Shown: piece after piece, positions 59,861 through 64,000 of the stretch | Layout of the letters: each line of letters starts with the position of its first letter | Position numbering within the stretch: position 1 is the first letter of the stretch | Source of the DNA: [Clostridium] symbiosum | GTDB taxonomy: Bacteria > Bacillota > Clostridia > Lachnospirales > Lachnospiraceae | Assembly: GCA_036419695.1 (NCBI GenBank) | Contig: CP143946.1 | Span: 3,895,935 to 3,959,934, forward strand | Reading direction: 5' to 3' | DNA length: 64,000 nucleotides | Position numbers and translations under genes: made by a program | Notes under the pieces: model-generated | Seen by the model: the letters and a program-made list of their open reading frames with translations, nothing else | The model's database searches: none | Told to the model about the DNA's origin: nothing

Positions 59861-61360
59861 ATGGGAAAAGATGATTTTTTACTGAAAAGCAGCGGATATT
59901 CCAGCCATTCCAGGCGGCAGCGCAGGAAGTTTCTGCGGGTACTGCCCTATATTGTCCTGGTGTCGATTCTAGCTATTTTACTCTGCATTGCGGCGTATCT
60001 CTACATGAGAAATAAGAGCCTGGAGACCAGGGGAGTGCTCGGGGAAGTTTATACGGCCTCAGATCCGTCCATGCAGGGATCCGATCCCGGCAATCAGGGG
60101 GCGGCGGGAGACACCTCCGAATCCCAGGATGCCGCGGAAGCTTCTGCCGATGCAAACAGTCTGGAAAGCTATCTGAACCGCGCCAATCTCATTGCCGCCG
60201 GTTATGATTACGACGCTGCCATCGCGCTTTTAAATGAAAGCCCTTATGCATCGGATGAACAGGTTACTGCGGCAATTGCAGGCTTTGAAGAGACAAAGAA
60301 CACGCTCGTGCGCGCCGATCCGAAGAAAGTTACGCATGTATTTTTCCACACCCTGATTATGGATACCTCCAAGGCCTTTGACGGCGATTCCAGGGAAAAG
60401 GGCTATAATCAGATGATGACCACCAAAGAGGAATTTATGAAGATTCTTCAGTCCATGTATGACCGTGGTTTTGTCCTTGTAAAGCTCCACGATGTGGCTT
60501 ACGAGACCACCGGCGAGGATGGCAATCCGCACTTTGTCCAGGGCGACATTATGCTGCCTCCGGGCAAGCAGCCTTTCGTCATGTCACAGGATGACGTATG
60601 TTATTATGAATATATGGAAAACGACGGTTTTGCCACAAAGATGATTATCGGAGAAGACGGAAAACCTACTAACGAGATGAAACTGGAAGACGGTTCCGTG
60701 CTCGTAGGTTCCTACGACCTGGTACCGCTGCTCGACGACTTTATCGAAGAGCACCCTGATTTCTCCTATAAGGGGGCAAAAGCAGTTATTGCTCTTACTG
60801 GTTATAACGGTATCCTCGGTTACCGTACCGCCCCGTCTTACGACTCAGACGAATACAGAGCCAAGAACCCGGGCTTTGACTATGCAAAAGAACGGGAAGA
60901 GGCCGCCAAGGTAGCCGCGTGCCTGAAAGAAAACGGTTTTGAGCTGGCTTCCCACAGCTGGGGCCACAGAAACATGGGAACGATTTCGATGGAGAACTTC
61001 CGCGCGGATACGGATAAGTGGGAGGCAGAGGTGGAAACACTGATTGGCCCATGTGATATCATCCTGTTCCCGTTCGGCAGCGATATCGGCGGCTGGATGC
61101 CTTACGACACCAGCGGTGAACGTTACCAGTATCTCCATTCCAAAGGATTCCGTTATTTCTGCAACGTGGATTCCAGCCAGTACTGGGTACAGATTGGCGA
61201 CGATTACATGAGACAGGGACGAAGAAACCTGGATGGCTTCCGAATGTATTACGACCTTCCGGAGACAAATCCGACGAAGGATCATTTGAGCGATTTATTT
61301 GATGTTACCGAGGTATTTGACAGAAGAAGGCCCACTCCGGTCGCGAAGATGAGCGAGTAG
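59861..61360 (+). CDS. polysaccharide deacetylase family membrane protein
   Basis: N-terminal TM, Ala/Ser-rich linker, NodB-like deacetylase motifs (SHSWGH). Confidence 0.75.
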   Translation: MGKDDFLLKSSGYSSHSRRQRRKFLRVLPYIVLVSILAILLCIAAYLYMRNKSLETRGVLGEVYTASDPSMQGSDPGNQGAAGDTSESQDAAEASADANSLESYLNRANLIAAGYDYDAAIALLNESPYASDEQVTAAIAGFEETKNTLVRADPKKVTHVFFHTLIMDTSKAFDGDSREKGYNQMMTTKEEFMKILQSMYDRGFVLVKLHDVAYETTGEDGNPHFVQGDIMLPPGKQPFVMSQDDVCYYEYMENDGFATKMIIGEDGKPTNEMKLEDGSVLVGSYDLVPLLDDFIEEHPDFSYKGAKAVIALTGYNGILGYRTAPSYDSDEYRAKNPGFDYAKEREEAAKVAACLKENGFELASHSWGHRNMGTISMENFRADTDKWEAEVETLIGPCDIILFPFGSDIGGWMPYDTSGERYQYLHSKGFRYFCNVDSSQYWVQIGDDYMRQGRRNLDGFRMYYDLPETNPTKDHLSDLFDVTEVFDRRRPTPVAKMSE

Positions 61361-61377
61361 AGAAGAAACGATAAAAA

Positions 61378-61436
61378 AGTGCCATACCCGGCGCCAGGAA
61401 TACTGGATTCCTGTACCGGGTATGGCACTTTTTTAA
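61378..61436. terminator. bidirectional terminator, 18-bp stem with nested inner hairpin
   Basis: AAAAAGTGCCATACCCGG...CCGGGTATGGCACTTTTT. Confidence 0.8.
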
Positions 61437-61497
61437 TTATAGGAAATTACGTCCTGTGAATCAAAAACACTCCGCGAGCGGGATTCTTTGTTCTCAT

Positions 61498-62433
61498 CTA
61501 AAACTGCACTATCTCTTTTATTTCTTTTGCCTTCTCCACATAATCCGCATAGAGCATCGGGCCTTCGCCTTCATATTCCGGGCTGAATTCGTATTCCACT
61601 CTCGCGGTAACCTTCACCCACTCTTTTGTTTCCAGAAGTCTGGCATTTTTGGCTTTACACATGAAGCCCAGGAAGGTCATGTCCGCTTCACAGCAGGTCA
61701 TCGCCATTCTTCCCGGCACGAAGTAGTTCTTCGGAAAATCAGGAGTCTTAAGAACCATCGCAGTAAATTCCACCGTCTTGCCGCGGTAGCGGTCGGGCTT
61801 GTCCAGCATGTCGATATACCAGATTCCGTAAGCTTCCGGTGAAATCTCTATCACTTCTGCATTTACATCATACGGCAGATCCGCCTCGGAAATTTCCTGT
61901 ATCTCGCCCTCGGCATCCTCAAAGACAATCTGCACCTGAGGATTCATTCCCTTTAAGGTCCTTCGGTAGGTATCCAGATCCTCAATTCCGTCACACCGGT
62001 TCATAATGAGCATTTCCGTGTTTCTGACCATGGCGCCCACCAGCGGTTTCATATTGTTCAGATATAAATCAAAGGTAGAACCGTCGACAATCGTAATCTG
62101 CTGGTAAAGCTCCCAGTCGGCCGGAAGTTTCAGCTCATCAAGGTTCCACATGCCGTTCCACTCCACCAGCACGCGCTCCGGGTTATAGAAAAGCTCCAGT
62201 TCTTCCAGGTATTGCGGAGTGAGCTTTGAGAGTTCCTCCACGTAGACTACCGCCGTCTTTGTCTCTTTGAGTAAATCTGCCTCGTACTCTTCCTCGCCTT
62301 CTTCGCAGACAATTAATAATGTCTTTCCCTCAGACTGGAAGTAATCCTGCTGAAGTGTAAACTTTATAAAGGCCGTTTTACCGGCTTCCAAAAAACCATT
62401 GATCAGAAATAACGGCATCTTCTCGTCATCCAT
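61498..62433 (-). CDS. divergent G3E-family (CobW/COG0523-like) GTPase paralog
   Basis: P-loop GFLEAGKT, but switch region CEEGEEEYE replaces canonical ENEFGE/GCICC; C-terminal CC motif (MTCCEAD). Confidence 0.65.
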   Translation of the reverse strand: MDDEKMPLFLINGFLEAGKTAFIKFTLQQDYFQSEGKTLLIVCEEGEEEYEADLLKETKTAVVYVEELSKLTPQYLEELELFYNPERVLVEWNGMWNLDELKLPADWELYQQITIVDGSTFDLYLNNMKPLVGAMVRNTEMLIMNRCDGIEDLDTYRRTLKGMNPQVQIVFEDAEGEIQEISEADLPYDVNAEVIEISPEAYGIWYIDMLDKPDRYRGKTVEFTAMVLKTPDFPKNYFVPGRMAMTCCEADMTFLGFMCKAKNARLLETKEWVKVTARVEYEFSPEYEGEGPMLYADYVEKAKEIKEIVQF

Positions 62434-62458
62434 TACTTATATCTCCCTCCGTGTTTCA

Positions 62459-63745
62459 TCAGGCTTTGAACGCCGCTTCCAGGCCATCCTCATCCAGATT
62501 TGCGCCTATTACGCAGAGTTTACCGGTATAATCCGGAATTCCCTCGCGGATTTCCACCTGTTCCGGAACCAGATCAAAATGAAGCCATATTCCTTCTTTC
62601 TCGCCGGGAATCATGCCCTTTGCACGAAGTACCTCGCCGTATTTCCTGCTGTAAGCAAGTTCATGAAGCACTGCCTCCAGTTTGTCGCGGCTGATGGCAG
62701 GCACATTCTCTCTTCCCCAGCTTGTGAAAACTTCATCGGCATGATGATGGTCATGGTGATCGTGATCGTGGCAGCCACAAGTGCAGTTTTCGCCGTGATC
62801 ATGGTCGTGGTGATGCTCATGATGCTCATGATCATGGCAGCCACATTCCTCATCGTGGCCATGATGGTGGTGCTCATGCCCGTGATCGTGGCAGCTGCAT
62901 TCTTCTTCACCGTGATCATGATGGTGGTGCTCATGCCCATGATCGTGGCAGCCGCATTCTTCTTCACCGTGATCATGATGATGGTGCTCATGCCCGTGAC
63001 CGTGGCAGCCGCATTCTTCTTCCTCATCGTGAGCATGATGATGGTGCTCATGATCGTGACAGCCACACTCTTCTTCCCCGTGGCCGTGATGGTGGTGCTC
63101 ATGCTGTCTGTATTCCCTGGCCTCCTTCATCAGTTCTTCCGCCATATCATCCTTTTTCTCGATAATTTCCAGAAGCTGCGCACCCGTAAGCTGGCTGCAG
63201 GGAGTTGTTACAATATTTGCCGCTGCGTTATGCTCCCTGAGCATCTCAACAGCTGCCTGAACCTTTTCAGCTGCCGCTATATCCGTACGGCTCAGCACAA
63301 TAGTACCTGCATTGTCGATCTGGTTGTTGAAAAATTCACCGAAATTCTTCATATACATGCGGCACTTGTTTACATCTACAACGGTAACGGCACTGTTGAG
63401 CATTACTTCTATTTCAGAAGCGACATCTCTCACCGCCTTCATGACATCGGAAAGCTTTCCAACACCCGACGGCTCGATGATGACACGGTCCGGCTGGTAT
63501 TTTGTAAGCACTTCTTTAAGTGATTTGCCGAAATCCCCAACCAGGGAACAGCAGATACAGCCTGAATTCATCTCACGGATCTCAATCCCGGCGTCTTTTA
63601 AAAATCCTCCGTCAATTCCGATCTCACCAAATTCATTTTCAATCAGCACGACTTTCTCTCCTGCGATGGCTTCCCTGAGGAGCTGCTTAATAAATGTAGT
63701 CTTTCCTGCTCCAAGGAAACCGGAAATGATATCAATCTTTGTCAT
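62459..63745 (-). CDS. COG0523/CobW-family metallochaperone GTPase with ~125-aa His/Cys-rich tandem-repeat insert
   Basis: GFLGAGKTT, ENEFGE, GCICCS, CobW_C-like end; insert of about six units HEHHHH-xHGEEECGCHDHG encoded by ~63-bp DNA tandem repeats (62700-63090). Confidence 0.85.
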   Translation of the reverse strand: MTKIDIISGFLGAGKTTFIKQLLREAIAGEKVVLIENEFGEIGIDGGFLKDAGIEIREMNSGCICCSLVGDFGKSLKEVLTKYQPDRVIIEPSGVGKLSDVMKAVRDVASEIEVMLNSAVTVVDVNKCRMYMKNFGEFFNNQIDNAGTIVLSRTDIAAAEKVQAAVEMLREHNAAANIVTTPCSQLTGAQLLEIIEKKDDMAEELMKEAREYRQHEHHHHGHGEEECGCHDHEHHHHAHDEEEECGCHGHGHEHHHHDHGEEECGCHDHGHEHHHHDHGEEECSCHDHGHEHHHHGHDEECGCHDHEHHEHHHDHDHGENCTCGCHDHDHHDHHHADEVFTSWGRENVPAISRDKLEAVLHELAYSRKYGEVLRAKGMIPGEKEGIWLHFDLVPEQVEIREGIPDYTGKLCVIGANLDEDGLEAAFKA

Positions 63746-64000
63746 TATTATCAACCTTCTTTTCTTCTTTTTACAATAGTTTAAACCTAATTTATTATTT
63801 TTACACAAATACAGGATAAAGTCAAGCAGGTGAGAATTTCAGTCAGCTTTTTTATTCCATGTTCCGCATCAGCCAAAACGGAACCCGGCTTCTCCCGGAC
63901 ACAAAGAGGACAGCATATGATTCCCTCCGGAATTATGCTGTCCTTACCGTCTTTCGCTTCCGGCCTGCCGAATATTTTCCGCAGCCATTTCTCTATCCGG

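Noticed and set aside
62700-63090. His-rich region as a separate gene or intein
   Set aside because: It is in-frame within a single COG0523 GTPase, between the G-domain and CobW_C domain where His-rich stretches normally occur. It is just unusually expanded.

Overview
Mostly minus-strand chromosomal segment (~48-50% GC) that looks like a Clostridia/Lachnospiraceae-type Firmicute (AGGAGG-type RBSs, CheC/CheD chemotaxis genes, T-box leader, pssA/psd, ArsP). Annotation is by motif recognition only. Main blocks in order: (1) a hybrid sensor kinase, an MCP, a dual-GntR regulator, an SPL-type radical SAM gene fused to a nitroreductase remnant, and a DUF1848+MarR module with a 38-bp perfect palindrome operator. 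(2) A TetR-controlled efflux locus (two heterodimer-type ABC exporters plus MATE); both ABC genes are frameshifted, one at a 9-nt homopolymer tract. (3) Two paralogous OmpR-type two-component systems. The first sits next to an FtsX permease carrying an in-frame TAG. The second sits next to DedA-pssA-psd and has an internally deleted response regulator. (4) An arsR-arsP-thioredoxin operon. (5) A ~1.76-kb AT-rich mini-island (RhuM plus two small ORFs) integrated into the 3' end of rlmD, flanked by a duplicated rlmD 3' end. (6) A tandem WYL-WCX regulator pair. (7) A ~650-bp ORF-free GC-rich region that is a candidate large structured RNA. (8) An SPFH protein, PcrA with a long low-complexity linker, and a T-box leader in front of a BASS-family transporter. 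(9) An 11-gene chemosensory cluster (cheW, cheW, cheR, cheB, cheY, MCP, cheC, cheD, REC-GGDEF, cheA, cheW), i.e. a Wsp-like pathway with a c-di-GMP output, preceded by an MCP 3' remnant. (10) An mtl-type PTS operon with a Zn-dependent MDR dehydrogenase. (11) A 1.5-kb ORF-free region with four copies of a 16-21-bp motif in alternating orientation (inverton/MITE-like). (12) A pair of G3E/CobW-type GTPases, one with a ~125-aa His/Cys-rich tandem repeat. No CRISPR array, rRNA or canonical tRNA was found.
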